From an uncultured Verrucomicrobiae bacterium (GTDB lineage: Bacteria > Verrucomicrobiota > Verrucomicrobiia > Limisphaerales > Palsa-1400): a DNA stretch of 64,000 nt. The DNA is taken from contig OY969763.1 of the NCBI GenBank assembly GCA_963702845.1, positions 896,001 through 960,000 of the forward strand, in the 5' to 3' direction. Position 1 is the stretch's first letter, and each line of letters opens with the position of its first letter. The notes under the pieces are model-generated. The model did not search any database. It was given only the letters and a program-made list of their open reading frames with translations, and was not told the origin of the DNA. Of this stretch, positions 9,313 through 19,270 are shown in pieces. A program made the translations under genes and the position numbers.

Positions 9313-12300
9313 CTACTTATGTCTGGGGGGCACTTGCGGATTCGTCGGCACCGACTTTTCGTCCGATTGATTGATCGACTCCTTTAGGGTGTGGAACGGG
9401 CGCAGGATCATCATCAGGAACTTCGGAATGTACATCGGTTCTTTAACCGGTTTATTGATCGTGCCTGTAATGTGATACTCGAATAATTTCGTGATCGGCG
9501 CGAGCGCGAACTTTAATATGGGACCCAGCACAGCGGTTTCACGCAGGAGTTGTGCCTCGACCTTGGCGTCGACGTGTTTGTCCAACCCAATGTAGCCTCT
9601 GTAGAGGAGTCGATAACCCGTCGCCCGAATTTCCAAATCATCGGTGTAGATATTCCCGTTCACAATTGCATACGTGGCTTTGGCCTCGTATGCACGGCTG
9701 TTGCCCGCCCCGGGTGCAATTGCGTTTAGAACCGGTGAAAAGACTCCGAACATCGGAAGGTCCCAGAGCAATGCGTTGTGGACGCTGACGAAGCCGTGGC
9801 CGTTGATGCTGCCTAAATTTTTCGAATTCCCTGATTTGATGTGAACTTCGAGATCCACCTTGCCTTCGAGATTGTTGGTTTTTCCGGTCAACCCGCGCGC
9901 CAACAGCGGTAGCTCAACATCAACTGCCGCAAGGTCGAAACGAAAGTTTGTATCGGCCTTTGGTTTATAGGTGAGCCAACCCCAGCCGTTTGCTCTGCCT
10001 GCACCATAAGCGCTCGCCTGGAGGTTGGTGATGAGGACTGTTCTGCCGCGCCAAAAAACATCGCCGGTGATAGTGTCGGCGACAATATTGGTCCAGCGAT
10101 AGCCGGTGCCGCCGATATTGAAGTGAACGTCCGTAGCCAAAGGATTTGTCCAACAGAAATTGCCCGAGCAACGGATGTCAGGCGGTTTAAAAAACTCCAT
10201 CTGGCTCATCCACAACGGCGTTTTGGGGCCGAGCACGCGTTTGAGCGCACGCGGATCAAGTGTGCTGGAGACGTTTGTGACAGTGACCGTCTTGGATGAG
10301 AAATCCGCGACGGCGGAAGGCATGCGGAATATTTGCTCTCTTTGCCGCGCTTGCACATTCGAGACCTTCAGGACGAGGTTTGTGTATTCGACGTTCGCAT
10401 TCAGGAAATCAAGCTTCTCGTTGTGAAACCAGAAATTGCTGCCGTGCACCGTTGCTGAGAAACCGGTCAGTTCACGGGCCTTCCATCGGCCTCGAACCTC
10501 AGCGTGGATGTGGGGTGGGGTGGTAAACTTCAACTCGTCCAGCCAATGTTGTTGGGCCTCGGGTAAAACTGGTCGTGCGAAAGCAGGATTGGCGTCGCTA
10601 TCGGCCAGAAAACGATATTCGTGCGTATCATCGCTTCCAGTGTAGTGCATGGATAATTGGCCGCCGTCACGTTTCGCCAGCAGATCAGGTATGTCCCAAG
10701 TCCGGTTGGTGTAAGTAAACGTGGACGTCGCCCAATCGACCGGGATGTCGCGGAACGTTCCGTTCTGACCGAGGAACTTTCCTGCTATCTGCAACGTGGG
10801 GAGCACTTCCGCCCGCCAGTCCGGATGCCGGTTTGTCCATTGTGGCAACATCAACGTGCAGTTCGCCTCCACCTTAGGCGCTTGTTGCCAGGTAAATTGC
10901 TTCAACCAACGTTGCGCGTTCGTTGTGAGAACCTGTGACACTTTCATCGGATCAAAATCCGAATTCACTTCCGCGTGGGCACGCCGGGATTCAACGTTTA
11001 CGCTGGCGTTTGCCTGCAAATTGCCGTTGTACAATTTGGCGCGGATTTGTGAAATGGTGAGGGACGGCGGTTTCCAATGGCCGGCGCACGAAAGTGACTG
11101 GATCGCCAGTTTGGGTGATTGCACATCGGTGATTTCGGCGCCCCAATCGGCTGTAAAAGGCCGCAGCTTTAACCATGGACCCCAGGACGCCGGCGTATCG
11201 GTGTTCTGCTTCGAAACATCGCCGCGTGCAGTGAAACGAAGACTTTTTGCTGAGCCCCAACGCGACTCTGCGCCGGTTCCAGAAACCGTCGTGTCGAACG
11301 TGTGAAACAGGAATCGGCCCGCTTCGTAATAGCCGTCCAGCTCAGCGCGAGATATCAGGTTTATAACACTTATCCAGTTTGTGGAGAACCGAGCTCTTGC
11401 TGCAGAAGCCGAGACTTCGACCACGCCGGAAAACAGATTGGTATCCGCGGCAGTTGTGCCCAACGACGCCGTCACATCGATATTCGTCGCGTATCCTTGG
11501 GGCACCGTTACTTCCTCGCCATTGGCGTGCAGACTGAGCATCGGTTTCGCCGTCAGGTCAGTGTCGAGAGAGAGACGAAGTCCGTTGGCATTGACCCACG
11601 GTGAACGCACGGCTTTGGCATGCACCAACAATCTGCTGCGCGTTGTTTCGGGCTTCTTCCCATCTGCATTAATTCGCAAGTGGATGCTCGGCGCTTCTGC
11701 GAACGATATCTGGTTAATGACATTCGCAAATTGCGCGAGCGATGCCTGGAGATTTCGGTTTGTTTTGGCGCCGGTGTGGAAAATCGGCCAAGAGGGCAGG
11801 GCAGAGTAGTTGGTGACTGTGCCTTCGACGACAATGTTGACGTTGTGGAAGGTCGCTTTGCCACGCGTCAGTTCAGCGGTGTCGTTGGTCATCAAACGCA
11901 GGTAGAGGCTGACGTTTGTGACCGACAGTGTGCCGCCATTCGTGTCGGCCATCGGCAGATGGAATTGTCCACCAACGATTCGTGCCGCACTCAAATTGAT
12001 GCGGCCGTGCAAGAGCTTTGCCGGGTCGAGGTGGATATCTGTGCGGGATGCAGAGATGTCCGCGGCAAATGATGGGTCCATCCGACGAAACGCGGGCTTG
12101 TCGATAATTACGCTCGTCCCAAAGCCGAGGCGCATGTTGGTAAATCGCACGTCCCACCCGCGTTCCCGCAAGGTTGCGACGAGCGGCTTCTTAACAAATT
12201 CCGGCAACCCTTTTTCGTGCAGGTAGAAAACGGTGCCGATGGCCAAGAGCATGAGCAACAGCAGGGCGACACGAAAGAGTCGCACCCATCCGCGAAACGT

Positions 12301-12330
12301 GTTCAGCGGTACTCGAGGAAAGACCTTCAT
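9313..12330 (-). CDS. AsmA/YhdP-like periplasm-spanning beta-groove protein
   Basis: Single N-terminal TM helix, a long beta-rich body, and an AsmA-like C-terminus (IYTDDLEIR...FEYHITGTINKP). Start is ATG 12330 or GTG 12336. Confidence 0.7.
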   Translation of the reverse strand: MKVFPRVPLNTFRGWVRLFRVALLLLMLLAIGTVFYLHEKGLPEFVKKPLVATLRERGWDVRFTNMRLGFGTSVIIDKPAFRRMDPSFAADISASRTDIHLDPAKLLHGRINLSAARIVGGQFHLPMADTNGGTLSVTNVSLYLRLMTNDTAELTRGKATFHNVNIVVEGTVTNYSALPSWPIFHTGAKTNRNLQASLAQFANVINQISFAEAPSIHLRINADGKKPETTRSRLLVHAKAVRSPWVNANGLRLSLDTDLTAKPMLSLHANGEEVTVPQGYATNIDVTASLGTTAADTNLFSGVVEVSASAARARFSTNWISVINLISRAELDGYYEAGRFLFHTFDTTVSGTGAESRWGSAKSLRFTARGDVSKQNTDTPASWGPWLKLRPFTADWGAEITDVQSPKLAIQSLSCAGHWKPPSLTISQIRAKLYNGNLQANASVNVESRRAHAEVNSDFDPMKVSQVLTTNAQRWLKQFTWQQAPKVEANCTLMLPQWTNRHPDWRAEVLPTLQIAGKFLGQNGTFRDIPVDWATSTFTYTNRTWDIPDLLAKRDGGQLSMHYTGSDDTHEYRFLADSDANPAFARPVLPEAQQHWLDELKFTTPPHIHAEVRGRWKARELTGFSATVHGSNFWFHNEKLDFLNANVEYTNLVLKVSNVQARQREQIFRMPSAVADFSSKTVTVTNVSSTLDPRALKRVLGPKTPLWMSQMEFFKPPDIRCSGNFCWTNPLATDVHFNIGGTGYRWTNIVADTITGDVFWRGRTVLITNLQASAYGAGRANGWGWLTYKPKADTNFRFDLAAVDVELPLLARGLTGKTNNLEGKVDLEVHIKSGNSKNLGSINGHGFVSVHNALLWDLPMFGVFSPVLNAIAPGAGNSRAYEAKATYAIVNGNIYTDDLEIRATGYRLLYRGYIGLDKHVDAKVEAQLLRETAVLGPILKFALAPITKLFEYHITGTINKPVKEPMYIPKFLMMILRPFHTLKESINQSDEKSVPTNPQVPPRHK

Positions 12331-12332
12331 AC

Positions 12333-14153
12333 TCACTCGTGCCGGATACGGTAGGCCGGAGGAATGGTCAGATCGTTTTTCACGAATTCATAATACACGG
12401 GGTAGGGAAATTCAAAAACCAGCCGCTGCCCGCTACGCATCACGGTCGCGTACGGGTTCATGTATTCTTCCGACTGTTTGCCGAATGCAATCGAGTAAGT
12501 CTCCTTGTGGTCGCCGTTCTTCACTTCAAATGTGACCCGGTGGTCGGTTTCGTTGAATCCGAACCGGTCCAAATTCGCATCACCATGCTGGCTCCAGTAG
12601 ACCGCTTTCAATTCTCCCATTCGATTCAGCGCTTCTTCGAGCGAATCCTGCTTGATCATACCGCTATAACCTGGAGCGAACGTCCATTGGCCGAACGGAT
12701 CACGTATCAGTTTCCGCAAATATCCCTGCTGGTGAATGGTGATACTGACCACCTGTTTACCCTCGAAATTCCATACACGCCGGTCACGCAATTGCCACGA
12801 AACTCTGGGCAATCGTGCAAATTCTCCCCGGCCGATGGAATTGACCGATTCTTCCTCCGTACAGCGCTCAAAGACCCGGTCGGTGTTATTAGTTCCGAAC
12901 TCCAAATGCGCAACGGCATAGTCCGGCGGATTGCCCATTGCGGAGGATTTTAACGTAAATTGGGCGAGCGGCGGTTTAAGCCCGTACGCTGCAACGTCAG
13001 CCACGACCGTTTTTTCACGTTCGATTTGCGCGCCCGCAAATGTGTCGAGCATTCCGTGGACAAGCTCGTCATCGGCAGGAAATGTCTCGGTGCCTACAAC
13101 CAGCCACGTCTGGTCGGCCTTGCGTTCGAGTTTAAAGTCGTCGCCGCCACGCACCTGAATTCCATCAATCAACGCAGGCGGAACGCTCACCATGTGAGGA
13201 TCGAGGAAATTAGTATAAGCAGCTTGCCAGGCCAGCAACGGCGCCTTTGGAACGAGCATAACATTGGTAGTATCGCTCCGCTGAACATACACCAGATTGG
13301 TTTGATTCGTAGGGCTGAGACCAATGCGCAAACCGAGTATCGCATTGGTACCCCGCACGAAGGCCAAATCGAAATTTGTGGTCGAGGAGGGTTGCAGTCC
13401 ATACGGCTCGAGGTCCTTCGGATCATCTGCGACAAAAACCGCGGCTTTGACGCCGGCAATACCCTTTAGCAATTCGTCGATCTTCGGTGTGTCAGCGCGC
13501 GCCTGGAGGGGAGTCTGCATCCGCCAAAGTTTTGTCTTCGTGTCAGAAGTTAATTCCACAACCTTTGCTTCATTTGTGATCCGCAGCCCGTCGAACTGAA
13601 GGTCTTCAAAATGGACGAGGACTTTATCGCGCCAATCGTCTTTGTCCGCTGAAATGGATTTCAAAAAGTCGGCAGAGGCAAGGTAGATGTTATCGCCGCC
13701 ACGCACCTGCAGAAATACTTCATCGGCCACGGCGGATGTTGCGCCGACATCGAGGTAATACTTGTTGTTGGTGGTTTCAACGCCCAACGATAACTGCGGT
13801 GCAACCATTCCAAACTCTTCCTGAACGTTCTGCCTGTCTTTCAGTTCGTCCGCAGACAAACGGGTTTTCCATTCCAGTTCACCCAGTGCTTTCAGGACCG
13901 CAGCAATGCGTTCGACGTCAGCGGGGTAGTTGATCGGTTTTACAACGCGCCATGAGTTGTTGGTGACCTGGATTTGAACTTCCTCACCTGCCGAGGGACG
14001 CACGGAGATTCGGCGGACCTGTGAAGCGTCGAAGGCAGGAAATATTTTTCGAGAATCTTCGCGTAAGCGCGCCTGGCGAATTGGTTTTTCAACCAATACG
14101 ACGAAGCCCAATAAAACCGCTGCAAGCGTGACGAGGATGACAGTCGCCTTCAA
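12333..14153 (-). CDS. DUF4340 repeat protein (ABC/Gld-associated)
   Basis: N-terminal TM, three repeats of W...P...AD...(Y/F)GL..P and WRDK/LRDR motifs. Lies directly downstream of a GldG-like gene. Confidence 0.75.
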   Translation of the reverse strand: MKATVILVTLAAVLLGFVVLVEKPIRQARLREDSRKIFPAFDASQVRRISVRPSAGEEVQIQVTNNSWRVVKPINYPADVERIAAVLKALGELEWKTRLSADELKDRQNVQEEFGMVAPQLSLGVETTNNKYYLDVGATSAVADEVFLQVRGGDNIYLASADFLKSISADKDDWRDKVLVHFEDLQFDGLRITNEAKVVELTSDTKTKLWRMQTPLQARADTPKIDELLKGIAGVKAAVFVADDPKDLEPYGLQPSSTTNFDLAFVRGTNAILGLRIGLSPTNQTNLVYVQRSDTTNVMLVPKAPLLAWQAAYTNFLDPHMVSVPPALIDGIQVRGGDDFKLERKADQTWLVVGTETFPADDELVHGMLDTFAGAQIEREKTVVADVAAYGLKPPLAQFTLKSSAMGNPPDYAVAHLEFGTNNTDRVFERCTEEESVNSIGRGEFARLPRVSWQLRDRRVWNFEGKQVVSITIHQQGYLRKLIRDPFGQWTFAPGYSGMIKQDSLEEALNRMGELKAVYWSQHGDANLDRFGFNETDHRVTFEVKNGDHKETYSIAFGKQSEEYMNPYATVMRSGQRLVFEFPYPVYYEFVKNDLTIPPAYRIRHE

Positions 14154-14154
14154 T

Positions 14155-15660
14155 TTACCTCCGGCGTCTAAGCCAAACTAAACTTCCGAGCACAAGAATG
14201 CCGCCAGGCAAACCGGCCAGGAACAACCATTGCATCGCCATCATTTGCGAGCCGCTCAGGATGAGTTTGTACTCGCGAATGGGTCGAGCAGTGACACCGT
14301 TCAACAAAACCTCCGGACGCTCCAACAACCAGTCCAAAGCCAAGCTCGCGAAATAATGGTTTGCGACGGAGTCGATCATGGAATCATCGAGAAAGTCCGC
14401 ATCACCAACAACAATCATGCGCGTGCCGCCCCCACGGGTCGTGTTCACCCCTTTGATGACGCCTTGCTCAACAGCAATCATGAGTGGGAATTTGCCGGCG
14501 GTCTTGCCATCGGTTGCGAGATCGCTGGTTTCGGCGAGCACGTTGACTTGAGGAGCTCCAGGAACTTTCGACGTTTTTTGTGGTGGATAGACCGCCCGTG
14601 GCGATGCGATGCGAATCGGCAGTTGCTCCGTTAGCAGGGGCTTCATCATCGGATGCGTGCCAAGACGCGCGGTCAGAAAATCTTTATCGCTCAGACCGAT
14701 TCGGAACCGTGCATCGCGTTCTACGAGCGGAGCATCGCCCAGCTTGACGTCCCACGCTTGCAGGACTTCGTCGATGCCGCATTCTTTATTCAACAGGGCG
14801 AACATGCGGCCACCCTGCTTCAGGTATTCGTCAATCTTGCCGACTTCTTCCGGTAAAAACCGCGCCTGTCGCGGACCGGCGACGACGAGCAGTTGGCAGT
14901 CGGACGGAATGGCATTGGTCCCTGCGAGTGATAACAATTGCCAATCACTGTCAGCTTCATCTTTCAGAATTCCCGCGAACTTCGAATACGTGGCGGAAGT
15001 TTTGGCGTCGGCTTCGTCACCGGTGCCCGGCGAATGTTCGCCATGGCCGTAGAGAAAATATGTCTTCAGCGGACGTGGAAAACTGACGCTGAGAATGGCC
15101 GATGTAAAAAATACTTCGCCACGAAATGCGCTTCGCCGCACGGTCTTGCTGCGGCCGGCCAGAACGGCGCTGAAATCGTATTCCGCGAGGTTCTTTGCGT
15201 AATCGATTTTGGTGTGGCCGTTACTCTCGAAGAGGACGAAATCACGCTCTTTCAATCCGTTGAGTTTATGAGCAGCGAGGAACGCCTTCGCATCGGCATC
15301 GAAGCGCGTATAGTCGAGCGTTTTGACGCGGATGTGTTTGGGGTTCGCGTTATGATATTCGGTCAGCAACCCCGCACACAGACTGTAGATATCCTCTTCA
15401 TCACCGTGAGGCGCGAAGAACAGCGTTACCTCGATGTTGTTCGTCAGCGACTTGAGCAAACCTTGCGTCTGCGGCGAGAGTTTGAAGGCTGAACTTGCGC
15501 CCAACTGGGCACGCTTGAAGTGGCCACTTGCCAGATAGTTCGCCATGACCACGATGGCAAGGAACGCCACAATCGCTAGAAAGGAGTTAATGCCGACAAT
15601 CCATCGTCGGCCTGAGGAAAAACTTGTCTGGGAATCGATCGGCGTATTCATCATTTCCAA
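14155..15660 (-). CDS. GldG-like ABC transporter auxiliary component
   Basis: N- and C-terminal TMs. Motifs LSPQTQGLLKSL, YFLYGHGE, LLVVAGP, YLKQGG, VVGDADF. C-terminal WLRRRR. Confidence 0.8.
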   Translation of the reverse strand: MEMMNTPIDSQTSFSSGRRWIVGINSFLAIVAFLAIVVMANYLASGHFKRAQLGASSAFKLSPQTQGLLKSLTNNIEVTLFFAPHGDEEDIYSLCAGLLTEYHNANPKHIRVKTLDYTRFDADAKAFLAAHKLNGLKERDFVLFESNGHTKIDYAKNLAEYDFSAVLAGRSKTVRRSAFRGEVFFTSAILSVSFPRPLKTYFLYGHGEHSPGTGDEADAKTSATYSKFAGILKDEADSDWQLLSLAGTNAIPSDCQLLVVAGPRQARFLPEEVGKIDEYLKQGGRMFALLNKECGIDEVLQAWDVKLGDAPLVERDARFRIGLSDKDFLTARLGTHPMMKPLLTEQLPIRIASPRAVYPPQKTSKVPGAPQVNVLAETSDLATDGKTAGKFPLMIAVEQGVIKGVNTTRGGGTRMIVVGDADFLDDSMIDSVANHYFASLALDWLLERPEVLLNGVTARPIREYKLILSGSQMMAMQWLFLAGLPGGILVLGSLVWLRRRR

Positions 15661-16400
15661 CGCCGGCTTTCCACGACGCGATAAGTCAGGAACAAAAAGA
15701 ACGCGCTCGCACTGACGTAAAACACGACGTAACGGCTGTCGACCACGCCACGGGAGAAATCGAGCATCTGCGTGTAAATGGACATCGATTTCAACGCTTC
15801 ATTGGACCAATCCGTTCTCATCGAAAGCTGGTCAGCCAGGAAGCTCAAGGCGAACAACGCAAATCCAATCGCAAACGCAACCATCGCCGCGACGATTTGA
15901 TTTTTTGTCAGCGAAGACGCGAAACAGCCGAGAGAGATGTAGAGCATCCCAAGCAGAGCAATGCCGAGGTAAGTGGAACCAATGGTTGCCGGATCGAGCA
16001 AACTTGGTTCATGCGTGAAATAGCGCAGAAAGAAAATGCAAAACAGCAGCGGCAACCACACGACCATATAGAACAACAACCCTGCGCTAAATTTTGCCAT
16101 CACCACCTGGACGTCCGAAACAGGGGTGGTCATCAGTGTTTCAAATGTGCCGGTCGCTTTTTCGACCGAAAACAATCGCATCGTGATGACCGGCACGGAA
16201 AACAAAAGAATCAACCAAAAATAGAATCCGAAGAAAATTTCTGTAACTGGCATTACCGTCGCCTCTCCTTGCAGCTTCGAGGCGAGGCTGACAAAGCTCA
16301 GCCCCATCAGAAACAGCGCTGACGCGATCACGATGTAGCCCATGAACGAGAGGAAAAAATGTCCAAGTTCCCGGCGTGTGAGTGTAAGGTAAGCCTGCAT
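15651..16400 (-). CDS. GldF-like ABC-2 permease
   Basis: RRELGHFF, PVITMRLFSVEKATGTFETLMTTP, SSLTKNQIVAA. ATG 16400 overlaps the ATPase stop. Confidence 0.85.
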   Translation of the reverse strand: MQAYLTLTRRELGHFFLSFMGYIVIASALFLMGLSFVSLASKLQGEATVMPVTEIFFGFYFWLILLFSVPVITMRLFSVEKATGTFETLMTTPVSDVQVVMAKFSAGLLFYMVVWLPLLFCIFFLRYFTHEPSLLDPATIGSTYLGIALLGMLYISLGCFASSLTKNQIVAAMVAFAIGFALFALSFLADQLSMRTDWSNEALKSMSIYTQMLDFSRGVVDSRYVVFYVSASAFFLFLTYRVVESRRWK

Positions 16401-17359
16401 CAGGTTTCCTCCACCTCGGGCCGGGTCAGCCGCATGTAGACGTCCTCGAGCGAATGTCGCTTCTGCGTCAGTTCCCGGACTTTCCATCCGCGTTGTTTTG
16501 CCAGATCAAAAATCATCGGACGCAAGTCGGTTCCATTTCGCGCGGTGATGGAGCAGCGGAAATAATCACCATCGGCGGTACAAACATCCCAGTCCTGAAC
16601 GTCTGCGATTTGCTCCCACACCTCGCGCAATTCCATTTCGGGCGCAGCGATCTCTGCAATGATCTGCCCCGCTTTGTTCATTCCTTTTCGTAAATTCTCC
16701 AGCGTATCGGATGCGCGAATCTTGCCGCCGGCCAGAATCAAAACGCGGCTGCAGGTCATTTCTACTTCCGACAAAAGATGCGTTGAAATAAGTAGCGTGT
16801 GCTGTTTGCCTAGTTCTTTGATCAACTGACGCAGCGCGCGAATCTGGCTCGGGTCCAGGCCCAGTGTGGGCTCATCCAAAATGATCAACTCCGGTTCGTG
16901 GACGATCGCATCAGCGATGCCGACCCGCTGGCGATATCCTTTCGAAAGCTGGCCAATGATCCGCTTCTGCACGTCGACCAACCCGCATTGTTCCATCACG
17001 CGATCGACGCGCTCGCGCGATTTACTTGTGCTCAGCCCCTTGATGCGCGAACGGAATTTCAAATACTCACGCACGCGCATGTCCTCGTGCAGCGGGTTAT
17101 TTTCCGGCATGTAACCGATACGCCGGCGCACTTCACGCGATTGAGTGAAGACATCAAAGCCCCCGATACGCGCCGCGCCGGAAGTTGCCGGCATGAAGCA
17201 CGTCAGAATGCGCATGGTGGTTGTTTTGCCGGCGCCATTCGGCCCGAGAAGGCCGACCACTTCGCCTCGTGCAACGGTAAAAGATAAATCCCCAATCGCC
17301 GCGGTGTTGCCATAGCGTTTGGTCAGGTTTGAAACCTCGATCATCTCTCCGTTTGTCAT
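16400..17359 (-). CDS. GldA-like ABC transporter ATP-binding protein
   Basis: Walker A GPNGAGKT, signature LSKGYRQ, Walker B IILDEPT, H-loop STH. Confidence 0.92.
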   Translation of the reverse strand: MTNGEMIEVSNLTKRYGNTAAIGDLSFTVARGEVVGLLGPNGAGKTTTMRILTCFMPATSGAARIGGFDVFTQSREVRRRIGYMPENNPLHEDMRVREYLKFRSRIKGLSTSKSRERVDRVMEQCGLVDVQKRIIGQLSKGYRQRVGIADAIVHEPELIILDEPTLGLDPSQIRALRQLIKELGKQHTLLISTHLLSEVEMTCSRVLILAGGKIRASDTLENLRKGMNKAGQIIAEIAAPEMELREVWEQIADVQDWDVCTADGDYFRCSITARNGTDLRPMIFDLAKQRGWKVRELTQKRHSLEDVYMRLTRPEVEET

Positions 17360-17428
17360 TCTTTTCTCGTTACCGTCGGCGTGTTGGGTGTGGAAAGCGT
17401 CAGGTGCATTGCACGCGAACGCAAAAAC

Positions 17429-18838
17429 TCAGCGCAGCTTAAGCGTGGTCACTCCCTGGCGATAGCCTAAAATATTGTTTCCTCGAATTTGCGGCACCAA
17501 AACGAGTAATTGGACTTCCTCGCCACTGGTTCGCAATGCAATTAATTCGAAGATGCGGAACAAACTGTTTACCGGCTGGCCATCCACTTGAACAATAATC
17601 TGAGATGCGCGCAGCCCGGCTTTGTCGGCAGGACCTCCTTTTTCAACGCGAGCGACCGCCAGGCCGGTCTCTTGTGTGATCCTGAGCGTTTGTGAGGAAA
17701 AACTCTGCGCCAGTTCCGGGGTCAGTTCCTGAACGTCCAATCCGAGCTTTTGCCGGAGCAAGTCGCCGAAACGAACTAGTTGTACATTCAGGTTTTGCGA
17801 TTGGCCACCGCGATCGATGGTAATCGAGAAATCGGACTTAATTGAATCGCGCATCGCCTTGCTGAATTCCATGAAGTTCTGAGGCTTTTTACCGTCGACG
17901 GTCAGAATAATATCGCCCCGCTGCAAACCGGCTTTTTCGGCAGGGCTGCTTTTATCGATGCTCACGACGACTAACCGTGTGCCGCTGCCGCTGATGTGAG
18001 CGCCGAACCAGCGCGGATTAACAGCAACGGTTTCCGGTGTGAAAAGTTCGGTCAAAGCCGATCGGACTTCTTTAATCGGGATGGCAAATCCAATTGGACT
18101 GCCTTGAGCCTGCTGGAAAATCGCGACGTTGAGGCCGATCAATTCGCCGCGAACATTGATCAGTGGCCCACCGCTGTTTCCCGGGTTGATGGAAGCGTCG
18201 GTTTGCAGCCAGTTCGCGATCCCAAGCGGCTCGCCTTCTTTGCTGATGCCGCGTTGTTTTGAGCTGAGAATCCCCTGGCTGACCGAACCTTCCAGGCCAA
18301 ATGGGTTGCCCAGCGCAATAACACTCTCGCCCAGATATTCATCGTCATTTTTGGCCATCTTGACGGCCTTGAACTTCTCACCCTTTTTCTTCGGAATAAT
18401 TTTCAGTAGCGCTACATCCTTTTCTTCCCGTGCGAAAAACACCGGCTGAACGTCGTAAACTTCACCTCCGGCTTCTTGTGAGAGCTTTACCTGAATGCGG
18501 CTGGCGCGGCGCACGACGTGCAGATTGGTCAAAAGATACCCATCCTCATCAATGATTACTCCCGACCCGAGCGCTTGTTGCGCTTCGCGTCGAGGCGGGC
18601 CATAGAAACTGAAAAATCCAGAATTGTAACGGTCCGAGACCTCCACATAGGTTTCGGTTCTTATATTAACGACGCAGGGCAATACCTGCTCCACGGCACT
18701 TACTGTGGGATTTCGCCGAATGTCGATTTCATTGGCCGCTGAAGTGTCCCCGGAAACCGCCCATAAATTTAAAACGCAGCTGCCCAGAAATAATCCGGTT
18801 ACGATGGAGACAGCCTTTGTTAGCGAACGAGTGCGCAT
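17429..18838 (-). CDS. HtrA/DegP-family serine protease with two PDZ domains
   Basis: GSGVII, TNLHV, KDVALL, QTDASINPGNSGGPL. Two PDZ motifs (PAEKAGL, PADKAGL). N-terminal signal/TM segment. Confidence 0.92.
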   Translation of the reverse strand: MRTRSLTKAVSIVTGLFLGSCVLNLWAVSGDTSAANEIDIRRNPTVSAVEQVLPCVVNIRTETYVEVSDRYNSGFFSFYGPPRREAQQALGSGVIIDEDGYLLTNLHVVRRASRIQVKLSQEAGGEVYDVQPVFFAREEKDVALLKIIPKKKGEKFKAVKMAKNDDEYLGESVIALGNPFGLEGSVSQGILSSKQRGISKEGEPLGIANWLQTDASINPGNSGGPLINVRGELIGLNVAIFQQAQGSPIGFAIPIKEVRSALTELFTPETVAVNPRWFGAHISGSGTRLVVVSIDKSSPAEKAGLQRGDIILTVDGKKPQNFMEFSKAMRDSIKSDFSITIDRGGQSQNLNVQLVRFGDLLRQKLGLDVQELTPELAQSFSSQTLRITQETGLAVARVEKGGPADKAGLRASQIIVQVDGQPVNSLFRIFELIALRTSGEEVQLLVLVPQIRGNNILGYRQGVTTLKLR

Positions 18839-18978
18839 CCTCTAACACGACACCACAACTGCGGTCGCCGTTCAATGTTGATTCAAAGCTGCTTTCGCAC
18901 CGGAATGGCTGGCATGGAACTTGCGGTAGAGCGTCAACCTGTGGACACGTCCTTAAATAGCATTAGTGTGTTTTGTTG

Positions 18979-19006
18979 TTGCCAGACTAAAGCAAAACCC
19001 TATAGT
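18979..19006 (+). promoter_or_regulatory. Putative sigma70 promoter of the giant adhesin transcript
   Basis: TTGCCA-16 nt-TATAGT, about 260 nt upstream of the adhesin ATG. Confidence 0.5.
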
Positions 19007-19051
19007 CGCGCCAGTTTGGTAAACAAACGTCTGAACACTAGGAGGGTTCAT

Positions 19052-19270
19052 TTGAGCGATTTGTTGGCTGGATCGACCATGCCAACCGTATTTCCTTTTC
19101 TCACGTTAACCTCAGCAACGCGCGCGTTTGTCTCATCCCACGAACCGCATAACCATCTACTGCCGTGCCGACATCTGCGCGTTTCGGGCCAACTCAACGA
19201 ACAGCACACCGGTCCCGGAGTAGTCAACCTCTTTGGTGATTCCCGTGCTCCTGCAACTTTCCCCAAATGA
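19052..19270 (+). CDS. Possible 72-aa leader ORF coupled to the adhesin start
   Basis: AGGAGG at 19040-19045 and TTG at 19052. Its stop overlaps the adhesin ATG (ATGA, 19267-19270). No recognisable domain. Confidence 0.3.
   Translation: MSDLLAGSTMPTVFPFLTLTSATRAFVSSHEPHNHLLPCRHLRVSGQLNEQHTGPGVVNLFGDSRAPATFPK

Noticed and set aside
14155..17359. Evidence of Bacteroidota-type gliding motility
   Set aside because: GldA/F/G-like ABC genes are widespread in non-gliding bacteria, and no gldK-N or spr genes are present.
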